In this document: piece after piece, positions 9,132-18,639 of the stretch | Position numbering within the stretch: the first letter of the stretch is position 1 | Layout: each line of letters opens with the position of its first letter | Assembly (NCBI GenBank): GCA_046712825.1 | Contig: JBKKCR010000195.1 | Span: forward strand, 1-52,588 | Length of the DNA stretch: 52,588 bases | Source of the DNA: Actinomycetota bacterium | Lineage (GTDB): Bacteria > Actinomycetota > AC-67 | Direction: 5' to 3' | Translations under genes and position numbers: made by a program | Notes under the pieces: generated by a model | What the model was told of the DNA's origin: nothing | Database searches by the model: none | The model's input: the letters and a program-made list of their open reading frames with translations, nothing else

Positions 9132-9653
9132 TCAGCCCGCGAGCAAGCTCCCTCCGACCGCACCGGCCGCCTCGACCGGCTTGGCGAATGCCCCCGCGAG
9201 CGGAGTAACCGTCGCTGCGGTCGCCCGGATGAGATCGTCGGCACGGAGAACGAGCATCACCCCGGGGTCGCCTCCGGCCGCGTAGAGGACTTCGACCTCC
9301 GCGAGGTCCGCGTCGAGGATCGCGCGTGAAGCGCGCTCGTGTCCGACGGGCGGCAGCCATCCGGCGAGGAAACCGGTGTGCTCGGTCACGCGCGAAGGTG
9401 CTGCCGGGCGGATGCGGGCTTCGCCAGATGTCCTGGCAATGTTCGCGGCCGAGGGGCAGATCCCCGCCGGAACCAGGGCGAGCACCGGCGCCGTCTTGCC
9501 CTCGAAAAGCTCGGCCTTGACCACCTGAGAGGGGAGCAGGTCGAGCAGAGCGGCGACCTCGCCGATGTTCCGCAAAGGTCGTCCCAGACGATAAAACTCG
9601 TGAGGGATCTGTCGCTCGGTCAGATAACGGTGAACTTCGATGGACCCGCGCAT
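9132..9653 (-). CDS. YbaK/aminoacyl-tRNA deacylase family protein
   Basis: QVVK, TGFLAGWLPPVG and YAAGG motifs; start ATG 9653 avoids overlap with pilT. Confidence 0.8.
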   Translation of the reverse strand: MRGSIEVHRYLTERQIPHEFYRLGRPLRNIGEVAALLDLLPSQVVKAELFEGKTAPVLALVPAGICPSAANIARTSGEARIRPAAPSRVTEHTGFLAGWLPPVGHERASRAILDADLAEVEVLYAAGGDPGVMLVLRADDLIRATAATVTPLAGAFAKPVEAAGAVGGSLLAG

Positions 9654-9808
9654 CGGAATTCTCCCCTGGATGGCGACACCATTGCTACCCGAGGGACGAC
9701 CCCGCCAAACAGGACCCCGTAAAGCCTGCACCGTTGATGGTCGAGATATCCCATACGGGAGCTCCGGAGTCACCGGTGGTTCTCGGCCGGGCCGCAACGA
9801 GGGACGAA

Positions 9809-10879
9809 ATGGACATCGACGAGCTGCTGACGATCGCCGCCGAGCGTTTGGCGTCGGATCTTCACGTCCGCGCCGGCGGTCCGCCGTATCTGCGGATCGA
9901 CGGCGAGCTCCAGCCGCTCGACACGCCCGCGCTGGGCGCTCCCGACGTCGAACGCATGGCGTTCGATCTCATGACCGAGGAACAGGTCCGGAACTTCAAG
10001 CAGAGCAGCGAGGCGGACTTCGCGTACTCGCTTCCCGGTGTCGCGCGGTTCCGCATCAACGCGTTCCGTCAACGCGGCGCGGTGGGGATCGCGATCCGTC
10101 GCGTCCTGCCGGGCTCGACGAGCTTCGAGGCGCTCGGCTTGCCGCCGGTGGTCGAGTCGCTCTGCGAGGAACGGCGAGGGCTGATCCTCGTCACCGGTAT
10201 GACCGGCTCGGGGAAGACCACTACCACGGCCGCGATGATCAACCACATCAACGCCAACCGCCGCTGCCACATCGTCACCGTCGAGGATCCGATCGAGGTT
10301 CTCCACGTCGACAAGCTTGCGATCATCGATCAGCGCGAGGTGTTGATCGACACCGCCGATTTCGCGACGGCCTTGAAGCACGTTGCGCGCCAGGATCCTG
10401 ATGTGATCTTCATCGGGGAGATGCGCGACCCCGAGACGGTGAAGGCGGCGCTGTCGGCGGCAGAGACCGGTCATCTCGTCATCTCGACGCTTCACACGCT
10501 AGACGCGACCGAGACCGTGAACCGCGTCATCGACTTCTTCCCGCCGCACCAACAGATGCAGGCGCGCCTAACGCTCGCGGGGACGCTCAAAGGGATCGTT
10601 TCCCAACGCCTGCTCGTTCGTTCGGACGGCGTCGGCCGGGTCCCCGCCGTCGAGGTTCTCGTGGCGAACGGCCGCGTCTTCGACATGATCGTCAACCCCG
10701 ACCAGACGCACATGCTCGAAGACGTCATCCGTGAGGGTGACTACTACGGGATGCAGACATTCGATCAGCATCTGATCATGCTCGTCGCCGACGGGCGCGT
10801 TCTGCTCGACGAGGCATCCGCGGCCGCCACTTCACCGCACGACTTCGCGCTCGCCCTCCAGCAACGCGGCATCGCTTAA
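9809..10879 (+). CDS. pilT: Type IV pilus retraction ATPase, PilT/PilU family
   Basis: ASDLH, RFRINAF, Walker A GMTGSGKTTT, TVEDPIE, RQDPDVIFIGEMRD, ETGHLVISTLH, GMQTFDQ. Confidence 0.9.
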   Translation: MDIDELLTIAAERLASDLHVRAGGPPYLRIDGELQPLDTPALGAPDVERMAFDLMTEEQVRNFKQSSEADFAYSLPGVARFRINAFRQRGAVGIAIRRVLPGSTSFEALGLPPVVESLCEERRGLILVTGMTGSGKTTTTAAMINHINANRRCHIVTVEDPIEVLHVDKLAIIDQREVLIDTADFATALKHVARQDPDVIFIGEMRDPETVKAALSAAETGHLVISTLHTLDATETVNRVIDFFPPHQQMQARLTLAGTLKGIVSQRLLVRSDGVGRVPAVEVLVANGRVFDMIVNPDQTHMLEDVIREGDYYGMQTFDQHLIMLVADGRVLLDEASAAATSPHDFALALQQRGIA

Positions 10880-10919
10880 CTCCTCCGGGCGGGACGACGC
10901 CCCCAGCTATGCTGGAGGT

Positions 10920-12551
10920 GTGACCACCATCGACGTGTCGGCCGTACCGCGCGTCGCCCTCGATCTCGCGGAGAAGCTCGGCCGATCCGGCCGTTCGCTG
11001 TTCCTCGTCGGAGGGTCGGTTCGGGGGCTCGTCAAGGACGCGCTGTCCGGCGACCTCGACTTCGCTACCGACGCCTCACCCGAGGAGGTCCTCGAAACGG
11101 TGAGCGGCTGGGCGGAAGGCACCTGGACCGTGGGGATCGAGTTCGGCACCGTCGGGCTGATGAAGGAAGGGCACCGCCTCGAGATCACGACCTTCCGCGG
11201 CGACCGGTACGATCCCGCGTCGCGGCACCCGAAAGTGTCGCGAGTCTCCACCATCGAGGACGATCTCGCGCGCCGCGACTTCACGATCAATGCGATGGCT
11301 GTGAAGCTCCCCGATGGTTCTTTCTTCGATCCATTCGACGGCCACGGCGACCTCGATGATGGCCGGCTGCGTACCCCGCTGTCGCCCGAGGAATCGCTGT
11401 CCGACGACCCGCTCCGGATGCTTCGGGCGGCACGGTTCGTCGCGCAACTCGGCGTGACGCCGGCTCCCGAGCTTGTGGATGCGATGCGCGCGCAGCACGA
11501 GCGCTTGAAGATCGTGTCGGGCGAGCGGATCCGCGACGAGCTCATCAAGATCATCGCGGCGCCGCATCCGTCGGAGGGTCTCGACCTCGCGGTCGAGACG
11601 GAGCTCGCCGAGGAGTTCCTCCCAGAGCTCCCCGCGCTGCGGCTCGAGCAGGACCCGATCCATCGGCACAAGGACGTCTACCGTCATTCGCTCGCCGTGA
11701 TGGAAAATCTGATGACCGCCGTGATCGACGGCGAGCCCGACATCGATCTGCGGCTCGCCGGATTGCTGCACGACATCGGCAAGCCCGCGACGCGACGGTT
11801 CGGGCCGGACGGGGTCTCGTTCCACCATCACGAGGTGGTCGGTGCGCGCATGGCCGAGCAACGCATGCGCGAGCTCCATTTCCCTTCCGAGAAGATCCGT
11901 GACGTCAGTTCGCTGATCGAACTCCACCTCCGCTTCCATTCCTACCGCCCGGACTGGCGCGACATGGTGATGCGCGTGGTCTCCGAGCACGGCGTTCCCG
12001 AGGACGCTGCGCGGGAGATCGGCCGCATCGTCGCCCGCGCCGAGCTCGAGTATCGCAACGCGCCCGCGCTCGTCGAGGACGTCGCGTCGCGGTTGGCGAA
12101 GGCCGGCTACGACGACGCGACCGCAGCGACCGTGCGCGACGCGATGGCGCTTCGTCAGAAGTTGTTCGGCGCGAAGCCGGGATGGAAGGATTCGGCCGTG
12201 CGACGTTACGTGCGCGACGCGGGCCCGCTCCTCCCGCGGCTGAACGCTCTGGTGCTTGCCGACTGCACCACTCGCAACGAGAACAAGGCCAAGCGGCTCC
12301 GGCTCGCTATGGTGTTGTTCGAGGCGCGCATCCGCCGGCTCGCCGAGGAAGAGAACATCAAGCAGATGCGTCCCGCACTCAACGGGGATGAAGTGATGAC
12401 GCACCTCGGAGTCCCGCCTGGTCCGGTCGTCGGTGCGGCGCTCCGCTACCTGATGGAGGTCCGTCTCGATCGCGGCGAGATCCCCAAGGAGGAGGCGGAG
12501 CATTTGCTCGACGCCTGGTCCGAAGAGCAGAACTCGGCAAAGGGACCCTGA
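10920..12551 (+). CDS. cca: CCA tRNA nucleotidyltransferase with HD domain (PcnA-like)
   Basis: GGSVR..DLDFAT, EITTFR..Y...SRHP flexible loop, RRDFTINAMA, DDPLRMLRAARF, HKDVY.H, LLHDIGKP. Confidence 0.92.
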   Translation: MTTIDVSAVPRVALDLAEKLGRSGRSLFLVGGSVRGLVKDALSGDLDFATDASPEEVLETVSGWAEGTWTVGIEFGTVGLMKEGHRLEITTFRGDRYDPASRHPKVSRVSTIEDDLARRDFTINAMAVKLPDGSFFDPFDGHGDLDDGRLRTPLSPEESLSDDPLRMLRAARFVAQLGVTPAPELVDAMRAQHERLKIVSGERIRDELIKIIAAPHPSEGLDLAVETELAEEFLPELPALRLEQDPIHRHKDVYRHSLAVMENLMTAVIDGEPDIDLRLAGLLHDIGKPATRRFGPDGVSFHHHEVVGARMAEQRMRELHFPSEKIRDVSSLIELHLRFHSYRPDWRDMVMRVVSEHGVPEDAAREIGRIVARAELEYRNAPALVEDVASRLAKAGYDDATAATVRDAMALRQKLFGAKPGWKDSAVRRYVRDAGPLLPRLNALVLADCTTRNENKAKRLRLAMVLFEARIRRLAEEENIKQMRPALNGDEVMTHLGVPPGPVVGAALRYLMEVRLDRGEIPKEEAEHLLDAWSEEQNSAKGP

Positions 12552-12577
12552 AGTCCGAGCTAACGTCCGTACGCACG

Positions 12578-12652
12578 GAGTGGGCCCGGCCACCGTCCTC
12601 CCGAATCCTAAAACGCTCGCGGATGAGGGAGGATGAGTGGCCGGGCCCACTC
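12578..12652. terminator. Long inverted repeat between convergent cca and sodN (bidirectional terminator or structured 3' UTR)
   Basis: Perfect 16-bp arms GAGTGGGCCCGGCCAC / GTGGCCGGGCCCACTC plus inner stems. Confidence 0.55.
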
Positions 12653-12669
12653 TCGGGTCTTGAAGCTGC

Positions 12670-13065
12670 CTAGCCTTTCTTCGTCTCTTTGAAGACCTTG
12701 TCGATCTCGCCGATCAGGTCGAGGAGTTTCTGGCCTTGAGCGGGGTCTACTGACTTCTTGGCGGCGCCGGCTTCCTTCGTGGCGTTCCAGAAGAGGTCGT
12801 GGAGGTTGGAGTGCTTGTCGAGGTGCTCGGGCTTGAAGTAGTCGGTCCAGAGGATCCAGAGGTGCTCTTTGACCATGTCGGCGCGGGCTTCCTTGATCGT
12901 GACGGCGCGCTCGCGGAAGACCGGGTCTTCATTGCCCTGGTACTTCTCTTGGCAGGCTTTCACCGATTCGGCTTCGATGCGGGCTTGTGCTGGGTCGTAG
13001 ACGCCGCATGGGAGATCGCAGTGGGCGCGTACGACGCGCGTCGGGCTGATCCATCGCATGACCAT
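12670..13065 (-). CDS. sodN: Nickel superoxide dismutase precursor
   Basis: 14-aa leader then Ni-hook HCDLPCGVYDP; AAGGAGGA RBS 5 nt before ATG 13065; 131 aa. Confidence 0.97.
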   Translation of the reverse strand: MVMRWISPTRVVRAHCDLPCGVYDPAQARIEAESVKACQEKYQGNEDPVFRERAVTIKEARADMVKEHLWILWTDYFKPEHLDKHSNLHDLFWNATKEAGAAKKSVDPAQGQKLLDLIGEIDKVFKETKKG

Positions 13066-13126
13066 CGCCGTCCTCCTTCGCGGTTCGTGGTCGCTGACGC
13101 GGCAGGTATACCATCCCCCGCCGGCG

Positions 13127-13561
13127 ATGACGCAATCGCGGCGGTCGGCTCGATTCCGGCGGGGCGCGCTCCTCGCGCTCTCCGCGACCGTCGCCGGATT
13201 GTGGCGAGCGCGCTGGTCTCCGGTTCGCGTCGAGGGCGGTTCGATGGAGCCAACCTTACCCGCCGGCTCTTTCGTCGCTGTCTCTCCGTTGCGCGGCGAA
13301 CCGTCGTACGGGGCCGTCGTCGTGGTGCGGCGGCCCGACGGCTCCGAGCATCTGAAGCGGATCATCGGGACGCCGGGCGACCGCCTTCGTCTCGAAGGGG
13401 GCGAGACGACGCTCCCCCCCGGCAGGTTCGCGGTGGCCGGCGACAACCGGTCGCGCTCGACGGACAGCCGCCACTATGGGCCGGTGACTCGCAAGGAGGT
13501 TGTTGCCGTGGCACGGGCCTGCTACTGGCCGCCGCGGTCGTGGCGGCTGTTGTCCCGATGA
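13127..13561 (+). CDS. sodX: Ni-SOD maturation protease (S26 family)
   Basis: V.GGSMEPTL, LKRI, GDN...STDSRHYGPV; divergent from sodN. Confidence 0.9.
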   Translation: MTQSRRSARFRRGALLALSATVAGLWRARWSPVRVEGGSMEPTLPAGSFVAVSPLRGEPSYGAVVVVRRPDGSEHLKRIIGTPGDRLRLEGGETTLPPGRFAVAGDNRSRSTDSRHYGPVTRKEVVAVARACYWPPRSWRLLSR

Positions 13562-13562
13562 A

Positions 13563-14456
13563 TCAGGCGTGCGCTTCGACGCTGCGCGGCGCAGCGAGGA
13601 ACTCCGCCGACATCGACCGGGCGCGTTCGATCAAGCGAGCGCTCTGCGATGGGTCGTTGTAGCTGATGTAGCCCGGATCGAACGTCGGCATCATCACGAT
13701 CTCGGCTCGGTCGGCGTACTGAACAAGATCCTGTGGAACACGCGCGCGACGGGAATGCGCGAACGCTTGCACAAGAACATCGAGCGGGCGCCGGATCGGG
13801 CGCTGGCCCCCGGTCGCGGTGCCGCAGGTGAGGACGTATACGCGGTTCGCGCCCAGCGAGATCGCTTTGGAGATCGGAACGTTGTTCACGACGCCGCCGT
13901 CGATGTAGAGCTCGCCGTCGATCGCGACCGGCGGGAAGATCCCGGGTAGTGCGGTCGACGCGAGGATCGCGCGCATGAGCGAGCCGCTCGAGAACCAGTG
14001 CTCCTCGCCTGTGCGAAGGTTCGTCGCGGATATCCACACCGGGATCTCGGTCTCCTCGAACGTCGCGGCGGGAAGGTTCTCCACGAGCCGCCGGATCCCG
14101 GTGTTGGGATGGATGTGGTCGCCGCGGGAGACGATGTTCCACGCTCGCGCGACGCGACTTCCCGGGAAGATGTCCTCGGTCTTGAGCGCCCGCCACACCT
14201 CCGCGAGTCGACCGGTGCCATCGGGGGTTGGGTCGGCCGCGACGGCGGCGGCGTTCAGCGCGCCGACCGACGTCGAGACGAATACGTCGGGCCGGATGCC
14301 GGCGTCGATGAGCGCTTGGAGTTGTCCGACTTGGGCGGCTCCGAGGACGCCGCCGCCGGAAAGGACGAAAGCGACTGACGGCTTGCGGCGTGCTCGCGCC
14401 CGATCCGATGCCCTCCCTCGAACACGGACCGTGCGGACGTAATCGGTGAGCCGCAT
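13563..14456 (-). CDS. Patatin-like phospholipase
   Basis: LSGGGVLG, STSVG nucleophile elbow, DGG; RBS before ATG 14456. Confidence 0.88.
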   Translation of the reverse strand: MRLTDYVRTVRVRGRASDRARARRKPSVAFVLSGGGVLGAAQVGQLQALIDAGIRPDVFVSTSVGALNAAAVAADPTPDGTGRLAEVWRALKTEDIFPGSRVARAWNIVSRGDHIHPNTGIRRLVENLPAATFEETEIPVWISATNLRTGEEHWFSSGSLMRAILASTALPGIFPPVAIDGELYIDGGVVNNVPISKAISLGANRVYVLTCGTATGGQRPIRRPLDVLVQAFAHSRRARVPQDLVQYADRAEIVMMPTFDPGYISYNDPSQSARLIERARSMSAEFLAAPRSVEAHA

Positions 14457-14611
14457 CCCCTTACTCCTGCCCTCTCCAACGACATCGGTGCGATGGAGAT
14501 GCGCTGGAGACCCCGAACGGGCCATCTGGAGGTGGCCCGTCCAGGCCTTCCCCAGTGCCCGTTCGAGGAAGCCTTTCGACGAGTGAGACGGGTCCTCCTG
14601 CCGGGACGCGG

Positions 14612-16195
14612 TCAGGTGGGACTCTCGTCCGGGATAAGCGTTTCGGCCATCACCCGTTCGATCTCCCAGAGCGAAGAAGGTTCCACATGGGCCAGCCGGA
14701 CCCGAGCGCCGCCGATCCGGACGACGAAAACTCGCCGGCGCTCGCCGCCCCGCTCGACGACGGCCCGCCATTCCACCTCGTCCACGGGCACCTCGCGTCC
14801 GCCGACCACGACCGCGCGCGGCTCTTCGTTGGCGCGGGACCCCTCGTACGCGCGTACGGTCACCATCTCGCCGGCAAGTAGAGAGAGGCCGGAAGTTCCG
14901 TCGGCCCGTGTGTTCGAACGTTTGCGCCTGCGCACGTCCACGATCCTACGCGCCCACGCGAGGAGGCCCGCGGAGGTGAAGAGATACCCGATCCCCACCG
15001 CAACCAGGATCGCGTCGAGTCGTGCTCCCGCCTCGATCGCGACGGCGGCGATGCCCGTTCCGGCCACCCGAGCCACGTTGAACAACAGATCGTAGGCGGC
15101 GAACGCGCGCCCACGGTACTCGTCGGGCATCTCCTCCTGGACGATGGTGTCGACCGGGATCTTCGCGAAGGCGTACGACAAGCCGACGATCGCCGCCGCG
15201 GCGATCATGCGTCCCCGCGTGAGCGACGTCGCCGACACCAGCACGCCGGCCGATCCGATCGCGAAGGCGATCGGCACGATGAACTCCTCGCGGAGTCGCC
15301 TGGCAAGAAGGGGAACGACGACCACACCGATCCCGAGGCCGATCCCGACGGCGCCGAGCAACGTGGCGACCGATTCGACGCCGAGGCCGAGGCGCGAGAG
15401 GAAAACGACCGTCGTCGCTCCTGTGGTGGCGCCGACGAAGAGCTGCCCCGATCCGACGGCGCTGAAGGCGAAGGGAACGCGCCTGCTGCCGCGAACGCGC
15501 CGGAGGCCCTCCACCATCTCGGAGAGGATGGCGCGTGCCTCCTGCAAGAGCGCCCCGTGAGCGTGCGGCTGGTGCGCTCGGATCGGGAGCCTCCGTGCGA
15601 GGAACCCGGCGGCCGCGAACGCAACGGCCGCGACGAGCGCGGCGCGCGTCCCCCCGAATGCCGATGCGGTCGCGGCCCCGAGGCCGAGCCCGGTCACCGT
15701 CGCAAGGCTTCCCCCGGTCGCTGCGACCGAGTTGGCGACCAGCAGATCGCGCTCGGGAACGAGCGAAGGCAGCACCGCGGACATCGTTGCGAGGAAGAGC
15801 CGGTTCACGGAGAGCACCACGAGCGTGATCAGGAAGAAGACCGGCGACTCGTCGCTTCCGAAGATCGTCAGAGGGAGCAGGGCGGCCAGGCCCGCTCGGA
15901 AGAATGGGGTGTAGGCGAGGATCTTGCGTCGATCCCATCGGTCGATGAACACGCCGACGAACGGAACCACGGCGCTGAAGGGGATGAGCGTGATGGCGAC
16001 GAGCGCGGTGAGCTTGAGCGCCGGGTTACGGCCGGGATCGTCGAACAGCAGGAGATCTGCCGCCGCCAGCTGGAAGAGACCGTCGCCGATCTGCGAGGTG
16101 ACCCGCGTGACGAGGAGACGGCGGAATCCGGAGGAGGAAAAGACCTCGCGGACGCGCTGCCGGGTCGTCCGGCCGGCTTCCGCCGGCCCGGTCAA
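14612..16195 (-). CDS. MFS transporter with extra C-terminal soluble domain
   Basis: GVFIDRWDRR motif A, about 12 TM, D..RGRAFA.YD; about 90-aa soluble tail. Confidence 0.85.
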   Translation of the reverse strand: MTGPAEAGRTTRQRVREVFSSSGFRRLLVTRVTSQIGDGLFQLAAADLLLFDDPGRNPALKLTALVAITLIPFSAVVPFVGVFIDRWDRRKILAYTPFFRAGLAALLPLTIFGSDESPVFFLITLVVLSVNRLFLATMSAVLPSLVPERDLLVANSVAATGGSLATVTGLGLGAATASAFGGTRAALVAAVAFAAAGFLARRLPIRAHQPHAHGALLQEARAILSEMVEGLRRVRGSRRVPFAFSAVGSGQLFVGATTGATTVVFLSRLGLGVESVATLLGAVGIGLGIGVVVVPLLARRLREEFIVPIAFAIGSAGVLVSATSLTRGRMIAAAAIVGLSYAFAKIPVDTIVQEEMPDEYRGRAFAAYDLLFNVARVAGTGIAAVAIEAGARLDAILVAVGIGYLFTSAGLLAWARRIVDVRRRKRSNTRADGTSGLSLLAGEMVTVRAYEGSRANEEPRAVVVGGREVPVDEVEWRAVVERGGERRRVFVVRIGGARVRLAHVEPSSLWEIERVMAETLIPDESPT

Positions 16196-16210
16196 CGATG
16201 CAGCCGCTCG

Positions 16211-17386
16211 CTAGGAGCGGTCGCCGAGCCGCGCCGCCGCCGCGATGTGCGGCTTCGACCCGTTCCCGTTCGACCCGTTGCCGTTCGACCCGAGGATGGG
16301 CGTCTGGGCCGGCCTGATGTACGCCTCGACCATCTGCTGGGCGACATCGTCCGGATACTGAACCGGCGGCGACTTCATGAAGTACGCCGAAGGACCGATG
16401 AGCGGCCCGCCGATGCCGCGGTCGAGCGCGACCTTGGCGCACCGCACGGCGTCGATCACGATTCCGGCCGAGTTCGGTGAGTCCCACACCTCGAGCTTAA
16501 GGTCGACCACGAGCGGGACGTTGCCGAATTCGCGCCCCTCGAGCCGGATGTGCGCCCACTTGCGGTCCTGAAGCCATGGAACGTGGTCCGACGGGCCGAT
16601 GTGGATGTCCTCTTTGCTGAGCGTGCGGCGCATGTTCGAGGTGACCGACTGCGTCTTCGAGATCTTCTTCGACTGCAGACGCTCCCGCTCGAGCATGTTC
16701 ATGAAGTCCATGTTCCCGCCGAAGTTGAGCTGGTACGTGTGGTCGAGGTGCACGCCGCGGTCTTCGAACAGCTTCGCGAGCGAGCGGTGGATGATCGTTG
16801 AACCGACCTGGCTCTTGATGTCGTCTCCGACGATCGGAAGTCCCGCGGCGCGGAATCGATCCGCCCACTCCGGCTTCGAGGCGATGAACACCGGGATGCA
16901 GTTGACGAAGCCGACGCCGGCTTGCAGGGCTGCCTCCGCGTAGAAGCGGGTCGCGGCCTCGCTCCCGACGGGCAGGTATGAAACCAGCACGTCGGTGTGC
17001 GAGTCGCGCAATGCCTGCGCAACGTCGACGGGTGTGGTCGGGGACTCTTCCACCATCTCACGGTAGTAGTGGCCGAGGCCGTCGAGGGTCGGGCCTCTGA
17101 GCACGTCGACACCGAGCGGCGGAACGTCCGCAAACTTGATCGTGTTGTTCGGCTGGGCTGCGATTGCCTCAGAGAGGTCGCGCCCTACCTTCTTCGCGTC
17201 GACGTCGAAGGCGACCGAGAAATCTATTGCGCCGACGTGATAGCCGGCGAGGTCGACGTGCATCAGACCGGGGACGTCGTCCTCGGGGTCGGCGTCGGCG
17301 TAGTAGTGAACGCCCTGGATGAGTGCGGACGCGCAATTGCCTACCCCAACGATCGCGACGCGCACCCTCTTCGTTCCGTTCCTCAT
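16211..17386 (-). CDS. ino1: myo-inositol-1-phosphate synthase
   Basis: [42 protein letters not shown]. Confidence 0.96.
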   Translation of the reverse strand: MRNGTKRVRVAIVGVGNCASALIQGVHYYADADPEDDVPGLMHVDLAGYHVGAIDFSVAFDVDAKKVGRDLSEAIAAQPNNTIKFADVPPLGVDVLRGPTLDGLGHYYREMVEESPTTPVDVAQALRDSHTDVLVSYLPVGSEAATRFYAEAALQAGVGFVNCIPVFIASKPEWADRFRAAGLPIVGDDIKSQVGSTIIHRSLAKLFEDRGVHLDHTYQLNFGGNMDFMNMLERERLQSKKISKTQSVTSNMRRTLSKEDIHIGPSDHVPWLQDRKWAHIRLEGREFGNVPLVVDLKLEVWDSPNSAGIVIDAVRCAKVALDRGIGGPLIGPSAYFMKSPPVQYPDDVAQQMVEAYIRPAQTPILGSNGNGSNGNGSKPHIAAAARLGDRS

Positions 17387-17398
17387 TAGCGGCTCCCC

Positions 17399-17968
17399 CT
17401 ATCGAGCGCCCTCAGGCGTCGGCGCGGCGGCGTTGGTCCCGTTCCCGTTCCCATTTCGCCGCTCGGCCTCGAGCATGTCATCGAGCCAACGGATGTCGTG
17501 CTCGGCCTCGGTCACGCCGTAGCGCATGACCTCGACCGTGTATCCATCCATCTTCTCTTTCACGTTCTTGAGTGAGGCCGCCATCTTCTGGAGCCTCCCC
17601 TGGAGGTACCCGCGCCTGCTTTCCATCAGCCGGGTGCGGGCTTCGGGCTTCATGTAGCGGAAGAAGGCAAGCCGGAGCATGAACGCGTTGCGTTCCTCGG
17701 TCACCGAGGGGCCGGACTCCTCGAGCAACGTCTCGAAGAGGCTCTCACCGGCAGGGGTGATCCGGTAGACGTTCTTGCGTCGCGACGTCTCGCGCTTGGG
17801 CAGCTCGGTCTCGACGGCGCCCTCTTTGGCGAGGCGTTTAAGGGTCGGGTACAGGGATCCGTAGGAGAACCGGCCGAACGGCCCGAGTTGCTCCGCGAGA
17901 CGCTGCTTCAGCTCGTACCCATGCATGGGCTTCCCCTTGAGGAGACCCAGCAGTCCGAGTTCCAGCAT
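17399..17968 (-). CDS. PadR-family transcriptional regulator
   Basis: PMHGYEL, SYGSLYPTL and Y.IT..G motifs; directly upstream of ino1 on the same strand. Confidence 0.92.
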   Translation of the reverse strand: MLELGLLGLLKGKPMHGYELKQRLAEQLGPFGRFSYGSLYPTLKRLAKEGAVETELPKRETSRRKNVYRITPAGESLFETLLEESGPSVTEERNAFMLRLAFFRYMKPEARTRLMESRRGYLQGRLQKMAASLKNVKEKMDGYTVEVMRYGVTEAEHDIRWLDDMLEAERRNGNGNGTNAAAPTPEGAR

Positions 17969-18042
17969 CGTTTCGCGCTCCTGGTCGGGTTTCCGGACGG
18001 GCCGGTCGAACCTGTCGGCCCGTGGCCACTCTATGTAGCGGC

Positions 18043-18067
18043 GCGATATATCGGTCCGATATATCGC
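18043..18067. promoter_or_regulatory. Palindromic operator, probable PadR site
   Basis: GCGATATATCGG-T-CCGATATATCGC perfect inverted repeat between padR and DUF5318. Confidence 0.65.
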
Positions 18068-18240
18068 TTCGATATTGTGCCGGTGCCCCAGGGGGGTGTC
18101 AAGCTAGGCGGGCGGCTGCCGCTCGATACGCCCGAACGCCTCGAAAGAGATCCGTTCAGTCGCCTTTCTGCCGAACCCGAACGTTTCCAAAGCCAACCCT
18201 TCCAGGCGGTCGGGGGTGCGAAGTACAATGCCGCATCTCC

Positions 18241-18597
18241 ATGGCGACGATCGACTATCGGATGGCGAAGCGCGCGACGCTTCGACAGCTTCGCACGGGC
18301 ATGGTCTCGCGGATCGACGTGTGCGACGCACACCCGGAGCTGATCCGCGCCGCTCGCCACATCGGCGAGCAAACCACCGAGCAATGCCCGGTGTGTGGGA
18401 ACACGGGACTCCGCCTGGTCCTCTACACCTACGGCAAGGATCTGAAGCGCCACAACGGCTGGCCGCGCCGTACCGCCGAGCTCCGTGACCTCCGCGGTCA
18501 GGTCAACGAGTTCGTCTGCTACGTCGTCGAGGTTTGCATCGATTGCTCCTGGAACCACCTGGTTCGCAGCTTCGTCACCGGCCGTCGCGCCGGCTAG
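18241..18597 (+). CDS. DUF5318-family Zn-binding protein
   Basis: IDY...RATL, VCDAHPEL.RAA, CPVC, YVVEVC..CSWNHL; TACAAT 11 nt upstream. Confidence 0.85.
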   Translation: MATIDYRMAKRATLRQLRTGMVSRIDVCDAHPELIRAARHIGEQTTEQCPVCGNTGLRLVLYTYGKDLKRHNGWPRRTAELRDLRGQVNEFVCYVVEVCIDCSWNHLVRSFVTGRRAG

Positions 18598-18639
18598 ACA
18601 TCCCCTCGCAGCCTCCTACTTGCTCTTAGACTTGCGCGC

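Noticed and set aside
14545-14560. Cobalamin riboswitch-like CACUG-GGGAAGG on the - strand
   Set aside because: The rest of the B12 element core is absent.
16255-16292. 15-bp tandem repeat in the ino1 tail ([12 protein letters not shown])
   Set aside because: Low-complexity C-terminal tail with no sign of function.
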